Positions 1 through 9,370 of a stretch of 32,824 bases of DNA are shown here, in pieces. The notes under the pieces were generated by a model, which saw only the letters and a program-made list of their open reading frames with translations, did not search any database and was not told the DNA's origin. A program made the translations under genes and the position numbers. Source of the DNA: Nitrospirae bacterium CG2_30_53_67 (lineage in GTDB: Bacteria > CG2-30-53-67); the NCBI GenBank assembly GCA_001873285.1, contig MNYV01000044.1, forward strand, positions 1-32,824. The letters are read 5' to 3'. Numbering within the stretch: the stretch's first letter is position 1; each line of letters begins with the position of its first letter.

Positions 1-20
1 GCTCTGGAGATTCTCGGCAT
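1..20 (-). CDS. Start (MPRISR...) of a RAYT-like Y1 transposase copy continuing beyond the left edge
   Basis: Identical to the first 20 nt of the 83-256 fragment, with the same upstream promoter. Confidence 0.6.
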
Positions 21-82
21 GGGCCAATGGTAAACAATGCAGAATGTGAAGTCAAGTAAAAATGGGCGCTGTCCCTATTTAA

Positions 83-256
83 ACCCATCAGGCAGTAGGC
101 CCATATTTTGAGTGAATATTTGCTGCTGTATGTCTTGAGCCATTCAAGATAAAACAGGTAATCGTCTTTTCTTTCAAAGACGCTCTGCCGGTAATTGCCC
201 CGTTGGGTGATGTGATGAGGAAAACCTACAGCTACGGCTCTGGAGATTCTCGGCAT
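83..256 (-). pseudogene. 5' fragment of REP-associated tyrosine transposase (Y1/IS200-like HUH)
   Basis: Manual translation MPRISRAVAVGFPHHITQRGNYRQSVFERKDDYLFYLEWLKTYSSKYSLKIWAYCLMG matches the RAYT N-terminus (HITQRGN...AYCLM); similarity stops just before the expected NHxH motif. Confidence 0.85.
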
Positions 257-262
257 GGGCCA

Positions 263-291
263 ATGGTAAACAATGCAGAATGTGAAGTCAA
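263..291 (-). promoter_or_regulatory. sigma70-type promoter for a probably leaderless RAYT transcript (second copy at 27-55)
   Basis: TTGACT-17 nt-TACCAT, 6 nt before the ATG, no SD. Confidence 0.6.
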
Positions 292-331
292 GTAAAATGG
301 GCGCTGTCCCTATTTATAAAAAGTTATTTCC

Positions 332-415
332 ATGATGAAATATAAGATACTCGCTATCATTACGATAGCGGTTTTATCGGGATGTGCATCAGTGAGACTG
401 AAACAGCTCGGATAA
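332..415 (+). CDS. 27-aa ORF with lipoprotein signal peptide (mini-lipoprotein or truncated remnant)
   Basis: MMKYKILAIITIAVLSGCASVRLKQLG*: basic N-region, hydrophobic core, LSGC lipobox. Confidence 0.4.
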   Translation: MMKYKILAIITIAVLSGCASVRLKQLG

Positions 416-533
416 ACGTCTTTCTCACCGATGTTCATGAAGAAATTGTGTCTTTGTGGCTCAGGTTTTTTTGCTATGCACAAAATGGGTTTTACGGTAT
501 ATTGTGGAAAAAATACAGGGCAGGGTGCGGACG

Positions 534-1850
534 ATGCAGGAGACCCAGGAGCAAGGATTGCAGATTGCGGAGCCTGAAGGACCGTTTGAGGCCATGGACC
601 GGGCCTTTCTGATCCTGCGTATTCTGGTTTTGTTCGGCGGTTTCGGATGGATTTATTTTGCGCCTCTTTCCATTGACAATAAAGCACAGGTCCTTCTGGT
701 TTTCGTATTTTATTCCTTTTACACGGCTGCGCTCTATATCACTATTTTCTTCAATCAGGAACGGATTCGTGTCTTCTATATTGTGGGGCTGATCTTTGAT
801 CTGATCTTCATCTTCCTCCTGTTGATGCTGACAGGAGGGGCTGCAAGCAGTTTTTTCATCGGTTTTTATATTCTGGTGGCCCTCCATTCCTTTTATTACG
901 GTCTCACGGTCGGGCTGCTTGTGTCGTTTGCATCGAGCCTGATCTATTTTGTAAGTTATGTGAACAGCGGGTTTCCCATACACTGGACCGATTTCGCGCT
1001 CAGAATCAGCTTTCTTTTCTTGCTTTCCATCATGGCAGGACTCCTTACCGGCAAGATGAAGCAGGATAGAGAGAGGATTGATCACTTAAATCAAAAACTG
1101 AACGAGTCGCTTCTGGATCTTGAAAAAGTACACAAGAAGCTGATTGAGACGGCCAAGCTCACGGCGCTTGGCCGGATGACCGCGGACGTGGCCCACGAGA
1201 TCAGAAACCCCTTGGTGACCATCGGAGGATTTGCAAGACGGTGCAACAGCAAGATAGACCCGAACTCTCCGGAAAAGAAATATTCCAAGATCATTGTTGA
1301 TGAGGTTGAACGGCTGGAGAAGATTCTCCGGGACCTTTTGGTTTTTTCCAAAGGCCCTGAACGGACCCCTAAAATGATCTCGATCCGCCCGGTTCTTGAG
1401 AAGAGTCTGGAGATTCAAAATGACGATATAAAGGAAAAAAAGATCCGGGTGGTCAGGGAGTATGCGGAAAACCTTCCTGAAATCATGGGAGACGAAGAAG
1501 AGCTCAATCAGGTCTTTGTGAATATGATCCTGAACGCGGTGCAGGCCATGACGTTCGACGGAGTGCTTACCCTCAAGGCCGGATCCCATCTTCGAGACGG
1601 GGTGGAGTGGCTGTGCATTGAGATTCAAGACACGGGTGTGGGGATACCCGAAGAGAACCTGGACCGGATCTTCAATCCTTTCTTTACGACAAAAAGAATC
1701 GGAGAGGGAACCGGCCTCGGTCTTTCAGTCAGCCGCAGGATCGTGGAGGAACACCAGGGGAAGATCGAAGTGGAAAGCGAGCTCGGCAAGGGGAGCGCCT
1801 TCCGGGTTCTCCTGCCGGCGTTCTCCAAGAAGGAGGAGCGTACGGCATGA
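534..1850 (+). CDS. Membrane-bound sensor histidine kinase
   Basis: Multi-TM N-terminus, H-box HEIRNP, N-box [28 protein letters not shown] at 534 preferred over 456. Confidence 0.92.
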   Translation: MQETQEQGLQIAEPEGPFEAMDRAFLILRILVLFGGFGWIYFAPLSIDNKAQVLLVFVFYSFYTAALYITIFFNQERIRVFYIVGLIFDLIFIFLLLMLTGGAASSFFIGFYILVALHSFYYGLTVGLLVSFASSLIYFVSYVNSGFPIHWTDFALRISFLFLLSIMAGLLTGKMKQDRERIDHLNQKLNESLLDLEKVHKKLIETAKLTALGRMTADVAHEIRNPLVTIGGFARRCNSKIDPNSPEKKYSKIIVDEVERLEKILRDLLVFSKGPERTPKMISIRPVLEKSLEIQNDDIKEKKIRVVREYAENLPEIMGDEEELNQVFVNMILNAVQAMTFDGVLTLKAGSHLRDGVEWLCIEIQDTGVGIPEENLDRIFNPFFTTKRIGEGTGLGLSVSRRIVEEHQGKIEVESELGKGSAFRVLLPAFSKKEERTA

Positions 1851-3655
1851 AAAAAGAACTCTTCCAGTTTCTCTCGAAACATCCGGTGTTCCGGAAGCTG
1901 CGGCTTGCTGAAGAAGATCGTAAAGACCTGGCCCGCTCCATAGAGGACGAGTACCTGGTCGGGTTCCTCTCCGGAATGATCCGGGAGATCGAGGAGATCA
2001 TGGGGATTGATCCCAACCTGGAGCAGAAAAAGATATTGGAGATCGCAGCAGAGAGGATCGTGAGGGATCTTCAGGCTGATGCGGCCTCGATACGGCTCTT
2101 CGATCCCGAGAGTATGAGGATGACCAGTTTCGGCTCCTATCGTTTTTCCGAAGATGAGCGGGCCTCATCCATTCCGTTCAGAGAATCCATCGCCGGCAAA
2201 GTCGTTGAGCAGAACCAAAGCATCATGGTTCCGAGTATTCTCAAGAACCCCGATTATCAGAATAAGGAGATTGTGCAGAAGCGGGGACTCAACTCCCTGC
2301 TTGCCGTTCCGCTTCGAATTTCAAAGTTCATGGGGGTAGAAAACGACGTCCTCGGTTCCATTCAAATCTACTACAAAGAGGACAACCGGTATTTCGAGCC
2401 TTTGGAGGTGATTCATGCGGAGCTGCTTGCCCGCCGTGTCAGTTTTGTGCTGGCCAAGAAGAAGATCCTTGATCTTCAGAGGCTGAATGACAGGAAGGAG
2501 AAGATCGTCAATAAGATTTTCATAAAATTGAGCAACCGGGAGGGGATTAAGCTCAAAGATCTCTTTGTTCTGCTGATCCCGGAACTGGGCGAATATTTGT
2601 CCATACAGATTTGCGCTCTTTTTACGGTTTCCAGGGACCGGCAGTTTATCCGCATGGAGGCGGGCTATCCCCTGGACCGGACCTACCACGATCCTGGATA
2701 CACCTTTACCGTCAGCCATCACCCTTACTTCCAGGCGGTGATTCACGGCGCCGAAGCCTGCGGGGATTACCCCTTTGAGCGGATCGCCCCGTCTTATTTG
2801 CTGATCAAGGACCCGCAGAAGAGCCGCCTGAGCAGTCCGGGTATGCGGGAATTCGTTGAACGGTATCACATCCACTCGATACTCCTTGTGCCGCTCAAGG
2901 CCGATGAGGAGATCCGGTACATGATGATGTTCTATGCCGCGGATCAACGGCAGTATTTTGCGGATGAGGAGATTGAGCTTCTGACCTTCTTCGGGAGGGA
3001 GATTATGAAGGCGTCAAGACTGGAACTGCTGGACGATGTCCTGCATGACTTCAAGAGCCCTGCCATTGCCATATCAGGTTTTGCTTCGCGCGCCAGGAAG
3101 TTGATCGAATCAAAGAACATACAAGAGGTCAGAGACAAGCTTGTATCCTATCTCGATATCATGGTCAGGGAGACCGACCGTCTTCAGGATATGGTCTTTG
3201 CCGTTGGTCTTGAAGGGAGGGAGGAGGTTTTAGATCTCAGCCAGGCCGTTCAAAAGAGACTGGAGATCAATCAGGAGACCATACTCGAGATGAGGCGTAA
3301 GAATATACAAGTCACGCCGCCTGAACTTGAACCGGATCTTCCGGTGTATTGCTCTCACTTCGGTCTTGAGCGGGTCCTTGATAATCTCCTGAGCAATGCC
3401 ACCCAGGCCATACCGGATGAGGGAGGCATCCTTTCTGTGAGGACTGATCGAGAGGGGGGCATGGCCTGTCTCAAGGTCCGGAATACGGGAGAGATACCGC
3501 AAGAGAAGATCGAACAGGTCAGAAAAGGCGAGGTCAAAGGACGCGGGCTTAATATCATCTATCGTTTTATCCTGGCCAACCATGGGAGGATGGGACTCCA
3601 TACCGAATCAGGCCAGACCGAATTCACCATCAAGATTCCGCTGCATCAGGCATGA
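1847..3655 (+). CDS. Cytoplasmic GAF-GAF sensor histidine kinase (atypical HATPase)
   Basis: Two GAF-like regions (SLLAVPL, SILLVPL), H-box HDFKSP, NLLSNA, GRGL; ATGA overlap with the upstream kinase. Confidence 0.85.
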   Translation: MKKELFQFLSKHPVFRKLRLAEEDRKDLARSIEDEYLVGFLSGMIREIEEIMGIDPNLEQKKILEIAAERIVRDLQADAASIRLFDPESMRMTSFGSYRFSEDERASSIPFRESIAGKVVEQNQSIMVPSILKNPDYQNKEIVQKRGLNSLLAVPLRISKFMGVENDVLGSIQIYYKEDNRYFEPLEVIHAELLARRVSFVLAKKKILDLQRLNDRKEKIVNKIFIKLSNREGIKLKDLFVLLIPELGEYLSIQICALFTVSRDRQFIRMEAGYPLDRTYHDPGYTFTVSHHPYFQAVIHGAEACGDYPFERIAPSYLLIKDPQKSRLSSPGMREFVERYHIHSILLVPLKADEEIRYMMMFYAADQRQYFADEEIELLTFFGREIMKASRLELLDDVLHDFKSPAIAISGFASRARKLIESKNIQEVRDKLVSYLDIMVRETDRLQDMVFAVGLEGREEVLDLSQAVQKRLEINQETILEMRRKNIQVTPPELEPDLPVYCSHFGLERVLDNLLSNATQAIPDEGGILSVRTDREGGMACLKVRNTGEIPQEKIEQVRKGEVKGRGLNIIYRFILANHGRMGLHTESGQTEFTIKIPLHQA

Positions 3656-3681
3656 TTTGTAAAACTGAACCCTTGAACCCT

Positions 3682-4065
3682 TCAGTCCACTTTATCCAGG
3701 GCCTTGCGGACGGCATCATCCAACTCCTGCATGACGAAAGGTTTCTGGATGAAACCCTGAATGCCTTCGTCAATGAGGGTTTTCGCTTTCCCTTCCCGGC
3801 TGTATCCTGATGAGAGGAGAATCCGGACATGGGGATTGATCTCACGGAGCCTTAGTAAGGTTTCCTCACCGCTCATTCCCGGCATCATGAAGTCAAGGAT
3901 GACAAGATCAATCTGATCTTTATTTTCCTGCAGGATCCTGCATGCCTCAAGTCCGCTGGTCGCGGTCCATACATGGTATCCTAATGATGTGAGAATCCTT
4001 TCCGAGAGGCGGACGAGGGTCGGATCATCATCTACCACAAGAATATTTTCTTTTTTATTTTGCAT
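3682..4065 (-). CDS. Single-domain response regulator
   Basis: ILVVDDD, LDFMMPGMSG, SSGY, QKPF. Confidence 0.9.
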   Translation of the reverse strand: MQNKKENILVVDDDPTLVRLSERILTSLGYHVWTATSGLEACRILQENKDQIDLVILDFMMPGMSGEETLLRLREINPHVRILLSSGYSREGKAKTLIDEGIQGFIQKPFVMQELDDAVRKALDKVD

Positions 4066-4101
4066 AGTCTCTTTCTTTTATTAAAAATTATAAAATCAGT
4101 A

Positions 4102-4131
4102 AATCACCCCAGCCTGAAGACAGGGGTGATT
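4102..4131 (-). terminator. Stem-loop after transaldolase
   Basis: AATCACCCC/GGGGTGATT 9-bp stem followed by T-rich sequence on the minus strand. Confidence 0.6.
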
Positions 4132-4775
4132 CATTTGGGCACCTTCTCCCAGTCTTTGAGGAATCGGGCAAGCCCGGAAGTGGTGAGAGGATGTTCCATG
4201 AGTTGTTTCATGACATTGAGCGGGATGGTAGAGATATCGGCTCCGATCAGGGCCGCTTCGAGGACATGAAGGGGATTCCGGATACTGGCCACAATGATTT
4301 CCGTCTCATAGGCATAATTCTGGTAGATGGTATCGATCTGCTCGACCAGTTCCATGCCCACTTTGCTGATGTCGTCCAGCCTTCCCACAAAGGGGCTGAC
4401 ATAGGCGGCGCCGGCCTTGGCCGCAACCAGGGCCTGAGTTGGGGAAAAGACAAGCGTCACATTGGTTTTGATCCCCTCGGTGCTGAGAACCCTGACGGCC
4501 TGCATGCCCGCTTGTATCATCGGGATCTTGACCACGATATTCGGATGGATCTCGGCGAGGCTTCTTGCCTCCTTGAGCATTCCTTCGGTATCGGTGCTCA
4601 CCACCTCGGCATTGATCGGACCGTTGACGATGGTGCAAATCTCTTCAATGACATCCCTGAATGCCCTCCCTGTCTTGGCAACGAGAGAAGGGTTTGTGGT
4701 CACACCATCCACCATCCCAATGGACATCCCTTCTCGGATCTCGGATACATCGGCTGTGTCCATAAAAAATTTCAT
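4131..4775 (-). CDS. tal: Transaldolase (short Fsa/TalC type)
   Basis: [44 protein letters not shown]. Confidence 0.93.
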   Translation of the reverse strand: MKFFMDTADVSEIREGMSIGMVDGVTTNPSLVAKTGRAFRDVIEEICTIVNGPINAEVVSTDTEGMLKEARSLAEIHPNIVVKIPMIQAGMQAVRVLSTEGIKTNVTLVFSPTQALVAAKAGAAYVSPFVGRLDDISKVGMELVEQIDTIYQNYAYETEIIVASIRNPLHVLEAALIGADISTIPLNVMKQLMEHPLTTSGLARFLKDWEKVPK

Positions 4776-4880
4776 GGGGCCTCCTTAAAAATGGTTTAAA
4801 TTTCCAATGATGATTATGACGTTCATCCGGGGCCGTAAACGACCCGATACGTTACGCTGGTTATTTTATTAAAGATTTAA

Positions 4881-4909
4881 ATTATAAAGTTTTTCAAAGA
4901 AGATGTAAA
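4881..4909 (-). promoter_or_regulatory. sigma70 promoter for tal
   Basis: TTTACA-17 nt-TATAAT on the minus strand. Confidence 0.6.
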
Positions 4910-4916
4910 GAATATT

Positions 4917-6239
4917 TTATTTTTTTGATCGCTTATCGGAAAAAGGGGATATGGCCGCAAACGCCGTATCAGAGACCCGCAGTGCGGAATTTAGGAGTTC
5001 AGAGACATGAAGGACGCGGGTTTTCAAACCCGCCCGTTTCAGCAAGTCCGTAAGATGGATCATACAAGAAGGGCAGGCCGTGGCCACCACTTCGGCTTCC
5101 GTCTCCCGAATCCGTTCGACCTTGTGCCTTCCGATCTTCAGCGAGAGATCGTAATGGCTCATGGAAAAGAGCCCCCCTCCTCCACAGCAACGGTCTGCAT
5201 CCCGCATCTCGACGAACTCGACGCCGGGAAGGCTTTTGAGGATCACCCTGGGGGCCTCCCTGACCCCCATCCCATGGTTCAGATGACAGGGATCATGATA
5301 GGTCACGCGGAGCAGGGGCCGGGTTTCTTCATTGAGAATAAGATCTTTCATCAGGTTCTTGGATATCAGGAATTCCTGCAGATCCATCACTTTTCCCGGC
5401 AGGGGATCTGCGCTGCTTTCTTGAAAGAATTTCGGATAGAGTTCACGGAGCATGTACCCGCAGGTTGCACAGAGGGTGATGACGGCATCCGTTTCATAAG
5501 CGGTGAGGGCGGCAAGGTTGGTTTTCATGGCTTTTCCCGCTGTCTCATAGTCTCCCATAAAGAGCATAGGCGCTCCGCAGCAGGTCATGTTCTCAGGCAC
5601 GATCACCTCAAATCCTGCGCGGTTCAAAATCCGTATGGCGGATTCTCCCCAATGCGGGAAAAAGAGATCCACGGCACATCCATAGAACAAGGCGACCCGG
5701 CCTTTGGGTTCTGATGTCGGACAGTTGACCAGGCGCCGTTTGCGGAAGGGTTTCGCGGACGCCGGGGGGATCTGCCTTGCTGCGCCGTTTTGGACATAGG
5801 GGAGGAGAGGGCGGATGGGCCGGACCCTTGAAAGGGGAGTATAGAGTTTTCTTCCCATGATGTCCATCAGGTGAGCAGAGGTTGTGAGTATCCCCGGGTT
5901 TGAAAAGATCTGCCTTGAGATGAGTTTCTGATAGAAGGGGAGACCCTTCTCACGGCTCAGGATGATTTTTGCGGCCAGATTGGCCAAGTCTGCCGATGAC
6001 CCGGCCGGGCATTGCGCTGAACAGGCCTTGCAGCCGATGCAGGAGGAGAGGATGTCATTGAGATGGTCGGTCAGTTCAAGTTTCCCGGAAAGAACGGAGT
6101 CCAGCAGGGCCATCCTGCCCCGGGCGACCTGTGTCTCATCCGGGTTTTCGATATAGACCGGGCAGACGGACTGGCATGCGCCGCATAGAATACACTTTTT
6201 GACTTCTTTTTCAAATTGTTTCAGGAGGTCTTTTGTCAA
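4917..6239 (-). CDS. GlcF-like Fe-S oxidoreductase (2x[4Fe-4S] plus two CCG domains)
   Basis: CILCGACQSVCP, CIGCKACSAQCP, CCGAP, YHDPCHL, CCGGGG, TACPSC; TTG start after GGAGG. Confidence 0.88.
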   Translation of the reverse strand: MTKDLLKQFEKEVKKCILCGACQSVCPVYIENPDETQVARGRMALLDSVLSGKLELTDHLNDILSSCIGCKACSAQCPAGSSADLANLAAKIILSREKGLPFYQKLISRQIFSNPGILTTSAHLMDIMGRKLYTPLSRVRPIRPLLPYVQNGAARQIPPASAKPFRKRRLVNCPTSEPKGRVALFYGCAVDLFFPHWGESAIRILNRAGFEVIVPENMTCCGAPMLFMGDYETAGKAMKTNLAALTAYETDAVITLCATCGYMLRELYPKFFQESSADPLPGKVMDLQEFLISKNLMKDLILNEETRPLLRVTYHDPCHLNHGMGVREAPRVILKSLPGVEFVEMRDADRCCGGGGLFSMSHYDLSLKIGRHKVERIRETEAEVVATACPSCMIHLTDLLKRAGLKTRVLHVSELLNSALRVSDTAFAAISPFSDKRSKK

Positions 6240-6261
6240 GAGTAAAGCCTATCCCTCCGGG

Positions 6262-7542
6262 TTATCCTGCGGCGTAACTGTGCAGGCCGGATAGAACGAT
6301 ATTCACCCCCAGGAATGTGAAGAGAACCACGACAAAACCAAGAATAGAGATGTATGCCGTCCTTCGTCCGTGCCATCCGATGGTGATACGAGCATGAAGG
6401 TAAAGGGCATAGACGATCCAGGTGATCAGAGACCACGTCTCCTTGGGATCCCAGGACCAGTAGGTCCCCCATGCATAGTTTGCCCAGATGGCTCCGGTAA
6501 TAATGACCAGGGTCATTAAGGGGAAAGCGACCATGATTGTCTTATAGGAGAGGTTGTCCAGAATTTTTTTGTCGGGGAGCGCCGGAACAAACAGGTTATA
6601 GTTGAGATGAATAACCAGATAGATCAGGGTTGCGCCCCATGAGATGAACAACATGGTCATTTCATAGGGATTGGCATGCAAACTCACTTCAGGAATTTCA
6701 CGGATCTTGATAAGCAGCAGGAGAATGGACGCGCTCTGCAAAAGAAATGACGCGATCAGCGCCCCAAAAGAGACCCTGGATAATTTCTTGTTTTCAAAAA
6801 CCAGGGAGGCGATATAGAGGATCATGGTGAGCATATAAAGACAGAAGACCACACGGAAAAAGGCGCCGGCATCGGGGATCGTGATCTCAACCGGGGTCTC
6901 TGTCCCGGGGTAATAAACCGGGTAGAATTTCCCATGTTCTTCCATCATCTGATTCATCCTGTAGACGCCTTGGGTCAGGATGGACATCTTGCTCACAATC
7001 ATGGAAAAGCATCCGATGATGGAAACGCTGAGGGCAAAAAACTCCATCCGGACCTTATCCTTAATCAGGTAGAGAATGCTGAATCCGAAGGCGACCACGA
7101 AGGAGGCATAGGCCACGGAGGAGACGGCCACATGAAAATGGAGCCATGCGCTCTGAAGGGCCGGGACCAGAGGCTCGATCTCTTTATCCGGTGAGAGAGA
7201 GGCGATTCCCATGGCGGCCAGCGATATGGGGAGGACAAAGGCGCCGGCAATCCTGATCTTGTACTTGAATTCAATCACCAGATAGACTAGGGCGATCCCC
7301 CAGGCAAAGAAGAGAAGCGTTTCGTAGAGATTGGTGAAGGGGGGATGCGCGAGACCGGCCTCGATCCATCGCAGGATCAATCCTGCGGTCAGAGCGGCGA
7401 CGCCGATGGTTGTCGAACCGGTTGCCGTATTTCCTATGAGCGCTTTCCGCGCGCCCAGGAAGATCACATAGAACATCGTTGCAATCAAAAAGGTGATTCC
7501 AGCCAGATTGAACAACGTTTGACTGATTTCAAAGAGGCCCAT
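6262..7542 (-). CDS. ccsA: System II cytochrome c biogenesis protein CcsA/ResC, with large insertion
   Basis: WWD motif WANYAWGTYWSWDPKETW, PALQSAWLHFH, LYLH, GLHSY. Confidence 0.95.
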   Translation of the reverse strand: MGLFEISQTLFNLAGITFLIATMFYVIFLGARKALIGNTATGSTTIGVAALTAGLILRWIEAGLAHPPFTNLYETLLFFAWGIALVYLVIEFKYKIRIAGAFVLPISLAAMGIASLSPDKEIEPLVPALQSAWLHFHVAVSSVAYASFVVAFGFSILYLIKDKVRMEFFALSVSIIGCFSMIVSKMSILTQGVYRMNQMMEEHGKFYPVYYPGTETPVEITIPDAGAFFRVVFCLYMLTMILYIASLVFENKKLSRVSFGALIASFLLQSASILLLLIKIREIPEVSLHANPYEMTMLFISWGATLIYLVIHLNYNLFVPALPDKKILDNLSYKTIMVAFPLMTLVIITGAIWANYAWGTYWSWDPKETWSLITWIVYALYLHARITIGWHGRRTAYISILGFVVVLFTFLGVNIVLSGLHSYAAG

Positions 7543-7553
7543 AATCTTCTCCC

Positions 7554-9188
7554 TTATGCCTTGAGGCGGTTTTTCAGCTCGTTGAATTTCTTTTCAAAGG
7601 CCATTTGATTTTTATGTGTAGTTCCTGCCAGTACAATCTCGTTTCCGCTGATCCGCGCCCATATCCGTTGGTGGGAGTGGAAAAAGGAGATGAGGAGTCC
7701 CACCACCAGGAGGCTGCACCCGATCCAGACCGTTTCCACGCCGGGGTCATAGGCCACCTGGATCCCGGTATACTGAGATCCCCAGTAGTCTTTGAACCGG
7801 ATGTCAAAATGACCGGTCTTTACGCTGTGTTCGGGATAATTCGGAAAGATCCAGCCGCTGAACAGGATACTTTCTCCTTCCTTGCCCATGACATAGACAG
7901 CCGGATTGATCATCTCATCGGAGCGCTGCGCGACATGCCCGTTCATAATTGTAAAATCAGGGACAAAGCTTTTCACCAGGATTTCGGTCCCGGTTCCTTG
8001 AATGGTAAAAGAACCGTCAACAGGCGTACGATAATCCTGCGGCGGAAGACCGGGAGAAGAGACCGACAGCGCCACCTGGCCCGGCTTCCCGGTCCGGCCG
8101 TAACTGGACTGATAGAAATAGATCTTGTCCACAATGAGCGGATTGTTGACCTCGATGGTTTTTTTCGCGATCTCCTTGCCGTCGCGCATCACGGCCAGAT
8201 CGCTTGTATAGTCCTTTGGACGGCCTGTGTTCGGATAGTAGCTGAGAGAAAAATCATCGCATCGAATGGAAAAGGGTAAACTTTTGAATTTCTTGCCGTC
8301 GTTGATCATCTCTGCCTGTCCCGCCTGCTCACCTTTGGAAAACATGGCTCGCAGAGAAGCCGGAACCGTATCGATCATTCTATCCTCTCTGAGGTACATC
8401 TGGTTTGTGGTCTCGCCTTCTTCGATGGCCATGTACCCCTTGAATCCGAAGATGCTGCCGATGATGGCGCCAATAAAGATGACCACAATGCTCGTATGGG
8501 TAATGTAGACACCGAACCGGCTGATGAGCCACTGGTTCAAAAAGAGATGAATAGCCCCATCTTGTTCCGTGCGTATCACCCTGCCTCGGAAGTTCAAGAG
8601 TACGACATAGGAGATCGGAACCACGATAAAAGCGATGAACTCCAGAGGGCTCATCGGATATTTCAGGGTAAGAAAGACGGCAAGAACCATAGAGAGGATA
8701 TCCGTCAGGATGATCCACGGGGGGATCCGGATGTCATGCCGCAGGAGACGTTCAACCTGATCCTGGGGGTTCCCTTCCATCCTGAACGTTTCGGTAAAGG
8801 GATAATGCTTCTCTTCCCCCTTTTCAAGGATGGGTTTGATGCTGTGTGCAAATCGGATGACTCTGGGCAGCCTTTCGATGGTGCATACGATCAGGTTCAG
8901 AAGAAGGAGAAGAATAATGGTCAGGAACCAAGGGGTATGGTACATGTCAAAGAGGCCCAGCAAATTAAAGACCTGGATCGTGGTCTCACTGTAATCCCGG
9001 GCATACTTTGCCGGATCAGCCCCCTGCTCAATGATGGTCCCTGCAATCGAAACAAGACCCAGGGCGATGAAGAGGAATACGGTCAGTTTGATTGAATTGA
9101 ATGAATCATAGACACTTGAGATAACCCCGCTCTTTTTATTGGATCGGTCTTTCCCCCCGGACTGCGGCTGATCTGCTTGTTTTTCCAA
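7554..9188 (-). CDS. resB: System II cytochrome c biogenesis protein ResB/Ccs1
   Basis: AGTIIEQ, YHTPWF, NLIVCT, YITHTS, EVNNPL, YQSSY, TGIQVAYDPG; TTG start after AGGAGGTG. Confidence 0.92.
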   Translation of the reverse strand: MEKQADQPQSGGKDRSNKKSGVISSVYDSFNSIKLTVFLFIALGLVSIAGTIIEQGADPAKYARDYSETTIQVFNLLGLFDMYHTPWFLTIILLLLLNLIVCTIERLPRVIRFAHSIKPILEKGEEKHYPFTETFRMEGNPQDQVERLLRHDIRIPPWIILTDILSMVLAVFLTLKYPMSPLEFIAFIVVPISYVVLLNFRGRVIRTEQDGAIHLFLNQWLISRFGVYITHTSIVVIFIGAIIGSIFGFKGYMAIEEGETTNQMYLREDRMIDTVPASLRAMFSKGEQAGQAEMINDGKKFKSLPFSIRCDDFSLSYYPNTGRPKDYTSDLAVMRDGKEIAKKTIEVNNPLIVDKIYFYQSSYGRTGKPGQVALSVSSPGLPPQDYRTPVDGSFTIQGTGTEILVKSFVPDFTIMNGHVAQRSDEMINPAVYVMGKEGESILFSGWIFPNYPEHSVKTGHFDIRFKDYWGSQYTGIQVAYDPGVETVWIGCSLLVVGLLISFFHSHQRIWARISGNEIVLAGTTHKNQMAFEKKFNELKNRLKA

Positions 9189-9218
9189 GTCACCTCCTGA
9201 AGAAAATATTCAGAACAA

Positions 9219-9248
9219 ATTATATCTTTAATGGGTTCTCCCTGTCAA
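9219..9248 (-). promoter_or_regulatory. sigma70 promoter for the resB-ccsA operon
   Basis: TTGACA-18 nt-TATAAT on the minus strand. Confidence 0.7.
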
Positions 9249-9370
9249 ACATTTTTAAGGAGCAGGCGTCCTGTGCCGCGAACGACATCTCTGACCGGGC
9301 TGCCCTTCCTTTGATTTGTCTTGGCGCATGAGATGTGTTATGATCCAGCAGTCAGGGAGGGACAAGAGAG

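Larger units (their letters stand above)
1..315. repeat. Direct repeat (1-80 and 237-315, period 236 bp) of a RAYT-like gene start, promoter and the motif AAATGGGCGCTGTCCCTATTT
   Basis: 1-80 equals 237-315 except for one A in a poly-A run; the left copy runs off the window edge. Confidence 0.95.

Noticed and set aside
1..315. CRISPR array
   Set aside because: Only two ~80-bp units, the intervening DNA is transposase coding sequence, and there are no cas genes.
310..687. 125-aa minus-strand ORF and 382..612 plus-strand ORF
   Set aside because: No recognisable motifs; they overlap the kinase start.
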